From contig JAFSEN010000102.1 of NCBI GenBank assembly GCA_017435745.1, forward strand, positions 1 to 63,312: a DNA stretch of 63,312 bases, written 5' to 3'. Of this stretch, positions 8,922 through 17,475 are shown one piece after another. Made by a program: the position numbers and the translations under genes. Position 1 is the stretch's first letter. Every line of letters begins with the position of its first letter. The notes beneath the pieces are model-generated. The model ran no database searches, had not been told where the DNA came from, and saw nothing but the letters and a program-made list of their open reading frames with translations. The stretch comes from Oscillospiraceae bacterium. Lineage in GTDB: Bacteria > Bacillota > Clostridia > Oscillospirales > Ruminococcaceae.

Positions 8922-10849
8922 AAAGGATTTTTGGAAGTTTGTTCTTAAAACTTCTTGCAATTGTAACGGTTTGTATTCTAACCCCGATTTTCATCGGATG
9001 CTGCTGGTTTGCAGCCGAAGCTTATGAAGATGACATGTATGTTTCCGGAAAAACGCCGGAATTTGAACAGACTATTTCCGCGGAAAGTTTTGTTGCAAAA
9101 AAACTTATCGATATCCATGAATATATCTATTGGCACGATATCACCGGGCTTATTGAAAACGAATATTATTTCAACGAAAAAAACTTTGCTTTTACAATCT
9201 ATGATTCCGAAGGGAAAAAAGTTCTTTCAACCCTTAAATCCGGAATCACCGGGGAACCGGAAATCCACGACCCGGAAGAAAGCGGTTCAAGGGGATATAT
9301 CCTTTTGGTAAGCGATTACCCCGCAAAGGAGGTAACAGAAAACGGGGAACCCATTGCGGAATATGCCATGGAAGGCTATATTAAAATGCCGATGGATCCG
9401 GGCGATGACGGTTATTCCGAATTTGAAAAATTTAAATTTATTTCCCAATACCGCTTTGAATTTATAAGATGCGGAATAATCTGCTTTATTGTTAACGCGG
9501 TGCTCTGTCTTTATCTCATTGCCGGTTCCGGTTATGACGGAAACGGAAAGCTGGAACTTCGCGGATTCAACGCAATGGAATATGATATAATGGTTCTGCT
9601 TGTCGCGCTGGGAACAGCCGCGGTGGTGGAACTTATGGCAAATCTGCGCTGGGCCTATGAAGATGTTTATAAATATCTGTGTTTCGGTCTTGGTTTTGCC
9701 GCGCTTACTCTTCTTACCCTTATTGCGGTGATGAGCACAGCCGCCCATATAAAAATAGGAAAACTCTGGCGCCACACCTTTATCCACCAGTGCCTGCAGA
9801 TAACCTTAAAATTTTTCCGCTGGTTCATGCGGAACATCGGAATAACCTGGAAACTTGCCCTTGCTGTGTTTGGATACAGCTTTGTTGTTTATCTTCTGGG
9901 TATTCTTTCAACCGGGTATAACCTCGGAGCGTTTGCGGTTTTGCTTGCACTTTTTGCCGTTGTTGCAGGAATCTGCATTATTATTTGGTTCGGCGTGCAG
10001 CTTGGAAAACTCCGCAGAGGTGGCGAAGCCATTGCCAACGGAGATTTTGATTACCGCATAAACACAAGAGAACTTTGGCCGATGCTCCGTCGCCACGCTT
10101 ATAACCTCAACAGCGCCGCTTCCGGAATGTCGAAGGCCGTTGACGACAGAATGAAAAGCGAAAGATTCAAGACCGAACTTATTACAAACGTAAGCCACGA
10201 CCTTAAAACCCCGCTTACTTCGATCGTTTCCTATGTGGATCTTCTTAAAAAAGAAAAAATAGAGAACGAAGCCGCTTCCGGATATATCGAGGTTATCGAC
10301 CGCCAGAGCGCAAAGCTTAAAAAACTTACCGAAGACCTTGTGGAAGCTTCAAAAGTTTCAAGCGGCGCGGTTGCGGTTAACAAAGAAGCTGTAAATATCG
10401 GCGAACTTATAAACCAATCCGTGGGCGAATTGGCCGAAAAGCTTGAATCTGCGGAAATAGTACCGGTGATAAATCTTCCGGAAAACGACGTGGTTGCTTT
10501 CACCGACGGAAGGCTTCTCTGGCGCGTTTTCGATAACCTTATACAAAATATCGTAAAATATGCCCAACCGGGAACAAGGGCTTATTTCGACCTTGCGGAA
10601 AAGGAAGGCGCGGCGATACTTACGATAAAGAACATATCGAAAGAACCGCTCAATATGTCCGCAGAAGCCCTTATGGAAAGGTTTGTAAGGGGAGATACTT
10701 CCCGCAACAGCGAAGGCAACGGACTTGGGCTTTCCATTGCAAAATCCCTTACGGAACTTTGCGGCGGAACCTTCAGCCTTGCCCTCGACGGGGACCTTTA
10801 CAAAGTTATAATAACAATTCCGGAAACGGAAAAAAGCGAAGATAAATAA
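8918..10849 (+). CDS. Sensor histidine kinase (multi-TM, HAMP, HisKA, HATPase_c)
   Basis: H-box SHDLKTPLTSI, N-box and G-box (GNGLGLSIAKSL). Overlaps the response-regulator stop by 4 nt. Confidence 0.92.
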   Translation: MKRIFGSLFLKLLAIVTVCILTPIFIGCCWFAAEAYEDDMYVSGKTPEFEQTISAESFVAKKLIDIHEYIYWHDITGLIENEYYFNEKNFAFTIYDSEGKKVLSTLKSGITGEPEIHDPEESGSRGYILLVSDYPAKEVTENGEPIAEYAMEGYIKMPMDPGDDGYSEFEKFKFISQYRFEFIRCGIICFIVNAVLCLYLIAGSGYDGNGKLELRGFNAMEYDIMVLLVALGTAAVVELMANLRWAYEDVYKYLCFGLGFAALTLLTLIAVMSTAAHIKIGKLWRHTFIHQCLQITLKFFRWFMRNIGITWKLALAVFGYSFVVYLLGILSTGYNLGAFAVLLALFAVVAGICIIIWFGVQLGKLRRGGEAIANGDFDYRINTRELWPMLRRHAYNLNSAASGMSKAVDDRMKSERFKTELITNVSHDLKTPLTSIVSYVDLLKKEKIENEAASGYIEVIDRQSAKLKKLTEDLVEASKVSSGAVAVNKEAVNIGELINQSVGELAEKLESAEIVPVINLPENDVVAFTDGRLLWRVFDNLIQNIVKYAQPGTRAYFDLAEKEGAAILTIKNISKEPLNMSAEALMERFVRGDTSRNSEGNGLGLSIAKSLTELCGGTFSLALDGDLYKVIITIPETEKSEDK

Positions 10850-10853
10850 AATG

Positions 10854-10895
10854 AAAAAAGTCCCTTTTGCCTGATAACAAAAGGAACTTTTTTTC
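10854..10895 (+). terminator. Terminator between the kinase gene and tRNA-Leu (possibly bidirectional)
   Basis: GTCCCTTTTG...CAAAAGGAAC imperfect hairpin flanked by A- and T-runs. Confidence 0.55.
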
Positions 10896-10896
10896 T

Positions 10897-10982
10897 TGGT
10901 GCCGCCAACGAGACTCGAACTCGTACGCCTTTAAGGGCGAGGGATTTTAAGTCCCTTGTGTCTGCCATTCCACCACGGCGGC
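10897..10982 (-). tRNA. tRNA-Leu (anticodon UAA)
   Basis: Reverse complement GCCGCCGTGGTGGAATGGCAGAC...GGGACTTAAAATCCC...GGTTCGAGTC...GGCGGCACCA. Has a long variable arm, a CTTAAAA anticodon loop and an encoded CCA. Confidence 0.93.
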
Positions 10983-11151
10983 CTGTAAACTTTATTATAA
11001 CAAAATCCGTCCGGCTTTACAAGCATTTTATTCTTATTTGCCATATTCTGAAAATTATTTAAAAAAAGAATGACAAATAAATCCTGTTATGCTATAATTT
11101 TATATGTAAAAATTTGTCTTTATATAAAGACAGAATAAGGAGGTTTCACAA

Positions 11152-12864
11152 GTGAAACGAATTTTTTCTTTTATTATAGCGCTTCTTCTCGTTGTTACTG
11201 CAGTTCCTTTTTCCGCAACCGAAGCAAACGCTATGGGTCTTATTGAGAAAAAAACAAGATATTATATCGAATATGACCCGGGCGACGGCGACGGCGCAGT
11301 TACAAGACCGGACGGCCCCTATGAACTTAACGAAACAATAACTCTTCCCACTGCCGCAAGCTGCGGTTTCAGAAAAGAAGGTTATTATTGCAGCGGCTGG
11401 TCCATCAGCGGAAAAAAATATGCTGAAGGCGCAGCCTATACAAACAAAGGCAGCGGTTCCATCTATAACGACCAGTATCTTGTAACCGCAACCGCCCAGT
11501 GGACCAAGGACGGAACGACCCCTCCCCCTTCCTCTTCTGAATCTTCTTCCGGTTCTTCTTCCGGTTCCGGAAGTTCCTCCGGTTCAACTTCTTCCTCTTC
11601 CGGAATCATCATCAAAGCAACTTTTGATCCGGGAAAAGCAAGCGGATTTCTCCAGACCATAACTTACGAAAAGATCGTAACCCTTCCGGAATGCGGGTTC
11701 AGCTATCCCGGCCACAAATTTACCGGTTGGGAATGCGGCCTTAACGGCGAAATTTACCAGCCCGGCGACAAACTCAGAGCAACCGAAAGCTGTGAAGTAA
11801 CCTTTACTGCTCTTTGGGATGATGAAAACGCTTCTTCAAGCTCTTCTTCTTCCTCCTCCTCTTCCCAGCCCGCATCTTCCAGCGCTTCTTCCTCTTCCAA
11901 ACCTGCATCTTCCAAGCCGGCTTCCTCCAAACCTGCATCTTCCAAACCGGCTTCTTCCCAGCCCAGCAGCTCCGTTTCCGAATCCGAAAGCGTTTCCGAA
12001 CCGGAATCTTCCTCAAGCAGTTCTTCCGTAGCAGAAACTGTTCCGGAAGTATTTAAACCCGTTTCCCTTGCGTTCAGCATTGAAGGCGATATCCCCGTAA
12101 CCAAAATTGAATTTACCCTTAAAGAGGATGTGGGCGAAAACCCCAGCCTTAACATTGTTCCTCTCGACGGTTACAGCGTTACCGACGACGCAGCAGCAAA
12201 ATTTATCGAAAACGGCGATGCTCTTGCGGCTTTCGATCTTTCCCTTCTTGTTGACGGAAAAGCATATTCCGGAGAATCCGACGGCACCGTTACATATCAT
12301 CTTAACGGAACCCAGGCTACCGCAACTTCCAATTACGAAAGCTATGTTCTTGCAATGGTCCACACCGTAAGCCTTGACAGCTATAACGGCGATTATTATA
12401 TGACCGACGGCGACAACGTATATCTTTATACCCCCGAAACCGATTTTAAAACCGCAGTAACCAACGTAAAGCTTGTTGAAAAAGACGATGTTTACCGCCT
12501 TGTAATTAAAGATGTTTCCGGACTTAACACCTTTGCATACAAAGCAAGCGACAATACCATTGTTGAAGTAAGCCTTGTTCCTTCCGTTTCCGCAGCTTCC
12601 GCTTCCATCGAAGTTGAAGGCTTTTCTCCGATCCTTCTTGTCCAGATTGAAGTCGGCGACGGAAAATCTTCCGGCGGCGGAATTCCCCTTTGGGTATGGA
12701 TCGTAATCGCTGTTGTTGTAACCGTTATACTTATTCTTGTTGTTCTCTTTATGATCAACCGCAAGAACGAACAAAGACGTTCCGCTGCTCTTAATGAAAG
12801 ACAGCGCGCAGCACGTGCTTCCTTCACTTCATCCGGAATCACCGGTTTTGATGACGAAGAATAA
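11152..12864 (+). CDS. Secreted Ser-rich surface protein with two Listeria-Bacteroides (Flg_new/InlB B-repeat-like) domains and a C-terminal TM anchor
   Basis: Signal peptide MKRIFSFIIALLLVVTAVPFSATEANA. Two repeat modules end ...GYYCSGW...AQW and ...GHKFTGW...ALW. Poly-Ser and SSKPA repeats. TM WVWIVIAVVVTVILILVVLFMI followed by a charged tail. AGGAGG RBS, GTG start. Confidence 0.8.
   Translation: MKRIFSFIIALLLVVTAVPFSATEANAMGLIEKKTRYYIEYDPGDGDGAVTRPDGPYELNETITLPTAASCGFRKEGYYCSGWSISGKKYAEGAAYTNKGSGSIYNDQYLVTATAQWTKDGTTPPPSSSESSSGSSSGSGSSSGSTSSSSGIIIKATFDPGKASGFLQTITYEKIVTLPECGFSYPGHKFTGWECGLNGEIYQPGDKLRATESCEVTFTALWDDENASSSSSSSSSSSQPASSSASSSSKPASSKPASSKPASSKPASSQPSSSVSESESVSEPESSSSSSSVAETVPEVFKPVSLAFSIEGDIPVTKIEFTLKEDVGENPSLNIVPLDGYSVTDDAAAKFIENGDALAAFDLSLLVDGKAYSGESDGTVTYHLNGTQATATSNYESYVLAMVHTVSLDSYNGDYYMTDGDNVYLYTPETDFKTAVTNVKLVEKDDVYRLVIKDVSGLNTFAYKASDNTIVEVSLVPSVSAASASIEVEGFSPILLVQIEVGDGKSSGGGIPLWVWIVIAVVVTVILILVVLFMINRKNEQRRSAALNERQRAARASFTSSGITGFDDEE
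11893..11967 (+). repeat. Five tandem 15-bp in-frame repeats encoding (S-S-K/Q-P-A/S)
   Basis: TCTTCCAAACCTGCA / TCTTCCAAGCCGGCT / TCCTCCAAACCTGCA / TCTTCCAAACCGGCT / TCTTCCCAGCCCAGC. Confidence 0.85.
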
Positions 12865-12883
12865 TTCTTAACAAAACGAAATA

Positions 12884-12921
12884 AAAAGAACACACTTCAA
12901 TTTGAAGTGTGTTCTTTTGTT
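12884..12921 (+). terminator. Intrinsic terminator after the surface-protein gene
   Basis: AGAACACACTTCAA / TTGAAGTGTGTTCT perfect stem followed by a T-rich run. Confidence 0.85.
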
Positions 12922-13163
12922 TGTTAAAAAAGCGCTCAGAAAAGCAGCTGCCTTTAACAGTGTTTCTCCTGTTCAGTAAACACCCCGGGCATTGTCCGCA
13001 CGGCAAAAACAAAAAAACCGTTTTACTGTAAAAAATATATAAAAAAACTTCAAAATTTGGCAAAAATGATACATTTTTCACATTTTGGTTATTGCAAATT
13101 AGTTTTTTTAAATATATAATATGCTTATATATTCGAGCGGCGTTCCCGCCAAGGAGGAAAAAC

Positions 13164-13811
13164 ATGGGAAATAAAGCTCTTGACAGAAAAAACCTTTCAG
13201 ATGCTCTTGCAAGGCGTCTTCCGGCTTATTACCGTCATGTATGTATAATGCTTGCGGAAGGAAAACAAACCGTTACTTCCGGTGAACTTGCAAAAAGAAT
13301 CGGCAATACAAGCGCACAGGTCCGCCAGGATTTTTTCACCTGCGGCGGTGTTGAAAATTACCACCCGGATACTCTTAAAGAATGGCTTTCCGGACTTTTG
13401 GGAATCAAAAAAGAACACCACATGGTCGTTATCGGTGCGGGCAACCTTGGACGCGCGATCATAAGCTTTAAAGATTTCAACACAGACGGATTTTTTATCG
13501 ACGCTGTTTTCGATAACAATCTTATGTATGACGGAATGCAGATTTGCGGAATTCCGATCCTTAACGTTACCTCTCTTGAGGAATATCTTGCGGCAAACCG
13601 CGTTGATATTGTAATAATAACAACCCCCGCGGGCGTTGCGGAAGAGATTCTTGATAAAGCAATAAAAGGCGGAGTTAAGGGCGTTTGGAACTTTGCTCCG
13701 GTGGATCTTCGTTCCAACGACAAAATTGAAGTTCAGAACGTACATCTCAGCGACAGCCTTCTTACCCTTTCTTTCCGTATGAACGAAAAGGAATATTGGA
13801 AAAATCTTTGA
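13164..13811 (+). CDS. rex: Redox-sensing transcriptional repressor Rex
   Basis: RLPAYYRHV..., SGELAKRIGNTSAQVRQDF winged helix and VVIGAGNLGRAI Rossmann motif. AAGGAGG RBS before the ATG at 13164. Confidence 0.92.
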   Translation: MGNKALDRKNLSDALARRLPAYYRHVCIMLAEGKQTVTSGELAKRIGNTSAQVRQDFFTCGGVENYHPDTLKEWLSGLLGIKKEHHMVVIGAGNLGRAIISFKDFNTDGFFIDAVFDNNLMYDGMQICGIPILNVTSLEEYLAANRVDIVIITTPAGVAEEILDKAIKGGVKGVWNFAPVDLRSNDKIEVQNVHLSDSLLTLSFRMNEKEYWKNL

Positions 13812-13823
13812 TAACCGAAAAAT

Positions 13824-13857
13824 AAAAATGCGTGCTTTTTATTAAGCACGCATTTTT
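13824..13857. terminator. Bidirectional terminator between convergent rex and the DUF523 gene
   Basis: AAAAATGCGTGCTT / AAGCACGCATTTTT palindromic hairpin with runs on both sides. Confidence 0.85.
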
Positions 13858-13867
13858 TGTATGTTTT

Positions 13868-14299
13868 TCAAATAAGTTTATCTGTTTGGGATTCGCCGAA
13901 AACTTCGAAACCTTCCGCAATAAGAAGCTTTGCGGTTTTTCCGAAACCGGGAACAAGCCCGCCGTCGAATTTTCCGTTGTGAATTATTCCGCTTCCGCAG
14001 GAAGGGCTGCGCTCCTTAAGGAGCGCTTTTTTTGCGCCGAAAAGTTTTCCAAGCCGAAGAACTTCCGCAGCGCCTTTTTCATATTCCCCGGTGACATCTC
14101 TGCCGTCGCTTGTGATTACTTTTTCTCCGCAGATTTCGGCCGGAACCCTTGGAGTAGGAAGTCCGCCGAAAATTTCGGCGCAAACGGGAATGAGTTCATA
14201 TTTTTCCATAAGTTTTTCAATATTTTCCATGGGTTTGCTTTTTCCGTCATATCGGCAGGAAACGCCGAGAAGGCAGGCGCTTATCAAAAGTTTTTCCAA
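13868..14299 (-). CDS. DUF523 (TudS/YbbK-like, thiouracil-desulfidase family) protein
   Basis: 143 aa. LISACLLGVSCRYDG, PVCAEIFGGLPTPR and ERSPSCG are Cys motifs typical of DUF523. Confidence 0.8.
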   Translation of the reverse strand: MEKLLISACLLGVSCRYDGKSKPMENIEKLMEKYELIPVCAEIFGGLPTPRVPAEICGEKVITSDGRDVTGEYEKGAAEVLRLGKLFGAKKALLKERSPSCGSGIIHNGKFDGGLVPGFGKTAKLLIAEGFEVFGESQTDKLI

Positions 14300-14345
14300 T
14301 TCGAGTCCCCCTTTTTATAGGTTGAAAAATAAGCTGAAGCAAAAA

Positions 14346-14378
14346 TCCGAAAAAAGCCTCTGTTTTTACAGAGGCCCT
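14346..14378 (-). terminator. Intrinsic terminator downstream of queT
   Basis: On the minus strand GGGCCTCTGTAAAAACAGAGGC is followed by TTTTTT. Confidence 0.8.
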
Positions 14379-14382
14379 TTTT

Positions 14383-14871
14383 TCAGAAAATGATTTTGTA
14401 ATTTCTTAGTGTTTTTGCAAGAAAAACACCCATTATTCCTGCTGTGACAAATTCGCCGAAGCCGACGGTGAGCATAAAAAACGGAATCGTTCCCTCCGCC
14501 CCGTAAGCGTAGCGAATTACAAAAGGTACAATCAGCATGTTTGCAAGAATTGTCGGAACAGGCGCAAGATAAACGCTTTTTTTACGCAAAAGCCATGTTC
14601 CCAAAGCGCCCAGAAGGGTTGCAATGCTTCCGAAAACAACGTCCCAAATTACCCCGCCGGTTATGATGTTGGAAATAAAACAGCCGATAAAAAGCCCGGG
14701 AATGGCCGCAGGGGTGAAAAGCGGAAGAACACAGAACATTTCGGAAAGGCGGAACTGGATAACGCCGCTTGAAATTCCAAGAAGAGCCGAAAGCTCCGTA
14801 AGGATTACGTAAAGGGCGGCGATCATTGCGCTTTTGGTAAGAAAAGATGTTTTGCTTTTTTTACTATTCAT
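14383..14871 (-). CDS. queT: Queuosine-precursor ECF S component QueT
   Basis: 162-aa multi-TM protein (SAMIAALYVILTE, FRLSEMFCVLP) preceded by a preQ1-I-like element. Confidence 0.8.
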   Translation of the reverse strand: MNSKKSKTSFLTKSAMIAALYVILTELSALLGISSGVIQFRLSEMFCVLPLFTPAAIPGLFIGCFISNIITGGVIWDVVFGSIATLLGALGTWLLRKKSVYLAPVPTILANMLIVPFVIRYAYGAEGTIPFFMLTVGFGEFVTAGIMGVFLAKTLRNYKIIF

Positions 14872-14880
14872 TTTTCAAAA

Positions 14881-14926
14881 TCTCCTTTGGTTTTGTTTTA
14901 AGTGAGGAAGGCTTCGAACTCACTGA
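14881..14926 (-). promoter_or_regulatory. Candidate preQ1-I riboswitch (translational)
   Basis: Minus strand GUGAG-UUCGAAGCCUUC-CUCAC-UUAAAACAAAACCAAAGGAG: a 5-bp P1, a 12-nt loop starting UUC, and an A-rich tail running into the SD. Loop CCUU can pair with AAGG of the SD. Sits directly upstream of queT. Confidence 0.6.
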
Positions 14927-14962
14927 TTTGCTATTATATCACTTTTTTGTTTTGCACGCAAT

Positions 14963-14994
14963 AAAAAAAGAACGGCAACTGCCGTTCTTTTTTT
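14963..14994 (-). terminator. Intrinsic terminator downstream of the sortase gene (structure is bidirectional)
   Basis: AGAACGGCA / TGCCGTTCT hairpin flanked by A7 and T7 runs. Confidence 0.8.
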
Positions 14995-15006
14995 AGAAAA
15001 CTGTTA

Positions 15007-16473
15007 TTATTGTTCAGAAGGTTTCCAGCTTGCTGCATATTCCGCAAATTCCTCTTTGTAAGTGCCGGGAACAGGAGCATCAGCGTTGATGGTAATGGAA
15101 GCATTCCTTTCAACATGCTCAACAGCGGGATCGGTAACAAGTTTTGCAACAACGACAAAACGATAATTGGATCTGGAGTTAAGGCCATAACCGACGGTGC
15201 AGGTGGAAAGGGTAAGGATGCGGTCGGCGGCGGTTACTTCAACGCCGTAATCATAAAGGGAACGTTCGGTTATGGTGTCGAGCATAAGCTGATATTCGCC
15301 GTCGCTGGGGCTCGGTTCGATATACCAGAGGGAACCGCCGTTCTTTTTATAATAAGGGGAGAAAAGGCTGTTGGTTGCTTTTGCGTCGTTATAGAAAACA
15401 GAGAAAATTTCCCAAACGGTATCTTCACCGGGAAGGGTGAGATAGATAAAGGGAGTTTTTTCCGCAAAGGAAGGATCCTTGAAGTTGAAAAGCTGGGAGA
15501 AGAGAGGACCGGTGGGGTCGTCGTTCTGGTAGGAAAGGTTGGTAAGACCAAGGTCGCTGTGGCCGAAAATTACGGTGTTTTTGGAAAGTTCTTCGGCGGT
15601 ATCACCGAATGCGCCGCGGTAATGGGTGTAATATGCGCCGTCGATCCAATAGCTGTTGGGAACTTTTTTGCCGGTGATGTCGCGTTTGTCATAAGGATAG
15701 GATTTATCGTAGCTGAAGCAAACGCCTGCATCGATATCTTCAAGACCGGGGATATAAAGCCATGCAACAACGTCGTTGTTTGCGTTAAAGGCTTCTGCAA
15801 AAAGTTCGGTTCTGTCGGGGAAATCGAGAATATCGCTTACGCTTTCGCCCTGGGAAGGATCGGTGGGGTTTTCGGGGTCGATGGTGATGTTTCCGGGGTT
15901 AGAAGGTTTGGAAGGTTCATCGCCGGAAGAGGAACAGCTTGTTGCGCCAAGAAGGATTATTGCAACAAGAAGAACAAGAAGAACCGCTGCGCCGATGATA
16001 ACGGTGCTGGTGGGAAGAGCGTTGATCTTGCTCATAAGTGCGCTCTGTTTCTTTTCTTTTTCGGGGAAGCTTGCTTCGTCAACGTTTTCAGCGATGTTTT
16101 CCGGTTCGGAAACAACGGCTTCGGTTTCGGCTTTTGGTTCTGCGGTTTTCTTTTCGGTTTTGGGTTTCATTTCAGAAACGGTTTTGATTCCGGCAGAAAT
16201 TCCTTCGCCAACGGTTTTTGCGCCTGCGGCTGCTCCGGAAATAAATTCGCCGAGAAAACCGCCTTTTTTCTTTACGGGTTTTTCTTCGTTTTCTTTCTGG
16301 GGAGCATTATCGACGAAACGAACAACTTTATGGGGTTTGTTGTCGGTGGGAACGTCGCTTTCGGGGGCGGGGATATCGTTTACAAAATCATCTTCCGGAA
16401 TGTTAACGGAAAAAGGTTTTTTGCCGGGCTGTTCGCCGCCGAGGTTTTCGGAATTTTTGAATTCTTCGGACAT
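15007..16473 (-). CDS. Class B sortase-like transpeptidase with a long N-terminal cytoplasmic/disordered region
   Basis: TM VIIGAAVLLVLLVAIILLGA. Sortase B-like core WLYIPGLEDIDAGV, catalytic-type His in VIFGHS, Cys in LTLSTCT and Arg in SNYRFVVVAKL. Confidence 0.8.
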   Translation of the reverse strand: MSEEFKNSENLGGEQPGKKPFSVNIPEDDFVNDIPAPESDVPTDNKPHKVVRFVDNAPQKENEEKPVKKKGGFLGEFISGAAAGAKTVGEGISAGIKTVSEMKPKTEKKTAEPKAETEAVVSEPENIAENVDEASFPEKEKKQSALMSKINALPTSTVIIGAAVLLVLLVAIILLGATSCSSSGDEPSKPSNPGNITIDPENPTDPSQGESVSDILDFPDRTELFAEAFNANNDVVAWLYIPGLEDIDAGVCFSYDKSYPYDKRDITGKKVPNSYWIDGAYYTHYRGAFGDTAEELSKNTVIFGHSDLGLTNLSYQNDDPTGPLFSQLFNFKDPSFAEKTPFIYLTLPGEDTVWEIFSVFYNDAKATNSLFSPYYKKNGGSLWYIEPSPSDGEYQLMLDTITERSLYDYGVEVTAADRILTLSTCTVGYGLNSRSNYRFVVVAKLVTDPAVEHVERNASITINADAPVPGTYKEEFAEYAASWKPSEQ

Positions 16474-16627
16474 TATATATCATTCCTTTCTGGAGATTGC
16501 ATATCTCTACATTCTAATATAATAACATTATATTAAGAGAAAAACAAGTCGATAAAATTTAAATACTATTAAATAAGTGTTAATTTTTGGCCGGATTGTT
16601 GCATTAAAACCGAAAAATTTTTTATTA

Positions 16628-17371
16628 TTACAAAGTTTTTCCCAAAACGTCCCAGGGAGAAATTGTTCCAAGGAGTTTTCCGTCCGTTTTGCCGTTTGTT
16701 GTTACAAAAACCATTGCAAGGCGCTTTCCGCCAGAATAGGTATGTTCGAAAACGTCTTTCAGTTCGTCAACATAAAGCTCCCCGGTTACAAAGCGATAAA
16801 CTTCCGAATCGTGGTGGTCAAAGGCAATATATTTTTCTGCTTCGCTGAAAGAAAAACCTTCGGGAAGAGGTTCGCCTTTTCTGTCGGCCATTATATTAAG
16901 AAAAGAAACCGCAGTAAAAACGCCGATAACTTTTCCGTTTTCATCAAGAACCGGAACATGGCCGGAAGGAATTTTTCGCATCTGCTCAAGGGTGCTGTGG
17001 ATGCTGTCGTTTCTTTTCCGGTAAAAGAGTTTTTCGGTGCGGATCATTATTTCGCTGCATTTTTTGCGGTTTTTAAGGGAATTTATTGTGTTTTCAAGAA
17101 AAACAATCATTTCCCTTGTGGGTTCAACCGGGTATTCCCCGCCGATTTTCTGTTTGTGCTGAAGAAGGTTGCGCACTTCCTGGCAATATTTTATTTCTTC
17201 GCGGAAGGGTCGGTATTCGTCGCGTTTCGAAAGAAAATTTGTAACGGAATCCCAATCGTTAAGCCCAAAAGTTTCTTTTACAATTGCTTCAAGCTCCTTG
17301 AATTTCTGGATATATTCGTCGGCGTTGCCCAAAATATCAGCCCCCTTGCAAAAGGATTTTTCCGAGAACAT
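16628..17371 (-). CDS. CBS-pair protein with an N-terminal helical HEPN-like domain (Rx4H motif)
   Basis: N-terminal ~100 aa is helical and contains EVRNLLQHK. The C-terminus has two CBS motifs (VPVLDENGKVIGVFT; VFVTTNGKTDGKLLGTISPWDVL). The start is uncertain (17371 or 17398). Confidence 0.7.
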   Translation of the reverse strand: MFSEKSFCKGADILGNADEYIQKFKELEAIVKETFGLNDWDSVTNFLSKRDEYRPFREEIKYCQEVRNLLQHKQKIGGEYPVEPTREMIVFLENTINSLKNRKKCSEIMIRTEKLFYRKRNDSIHSTLEQMRKIPSGHVPVLDENGKVIGVFTAVSFLNIMADRKGEPLPEGFSFSEAEKYIAFDHHDSEVYRFVTGELYVDELKDVFEHTYSGGKRLAMVFVTTNGKTDGKLLGTISPWDVLGKTL

Positions 17372-17475
17372 TATACATTCATTTGCATTATAAAACAAGA
17401 GGTGAAAATGCCTTGTAACTTGTTGTCAAAATGTGTATAATGAATATAAATATATTTCCGAAAGGAGTTTTTATA

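Noticed and set aside
13060-13090. Candidate Rex operator (TGATACATTTTTCACA) upstream of rex.
   Set aside because: Only the right half-site (TTCACA) matches the TGTGAA-N6-TTCACA-type consensus, and the left half is poor. This is not enough to call.
12839-13165. 108-aa minus-strand ORF in the intergenic region upstream of rex.
   Set aside because: It spans a terminator and AT-rich promoter DNA. It has no RBS or motifs, and it overlaps the end of the surface-protein gene.
11152-16473. Whether the Ser-rich protein is the cognate substrate of the nearby sortase B-like enzyme.
   Set aside because: There is no LPXTG or NPxTG-type motif before the C-terminal TM helix. The genes are separated by four unrelated genes on mixed strands.
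15010-16536. Very long antisense ORFs opposite well-supported genes. Examples: 15010..16536 (+, 508 aa), 20968..22569 (+, 533 aa), 45201..46658 (+, 485 aa), 41273..42472 (-, 399 aa), 17509..18663 (-, 384 aa), 19862..21019 (+, 385 aa) and 32487..33383 (-, 298 aa).
   Set aside because: Their translations are low-complexity (F/K/G/N/R-rich) and have no motifs or RBS. They mirror genes with clear family signatures. Sense codon usage largely avoids TTA, CTA and TCA, which removes stops from the codon-aligned antisense frame. These ORFs are a compositional artefact, not overlapping genes.
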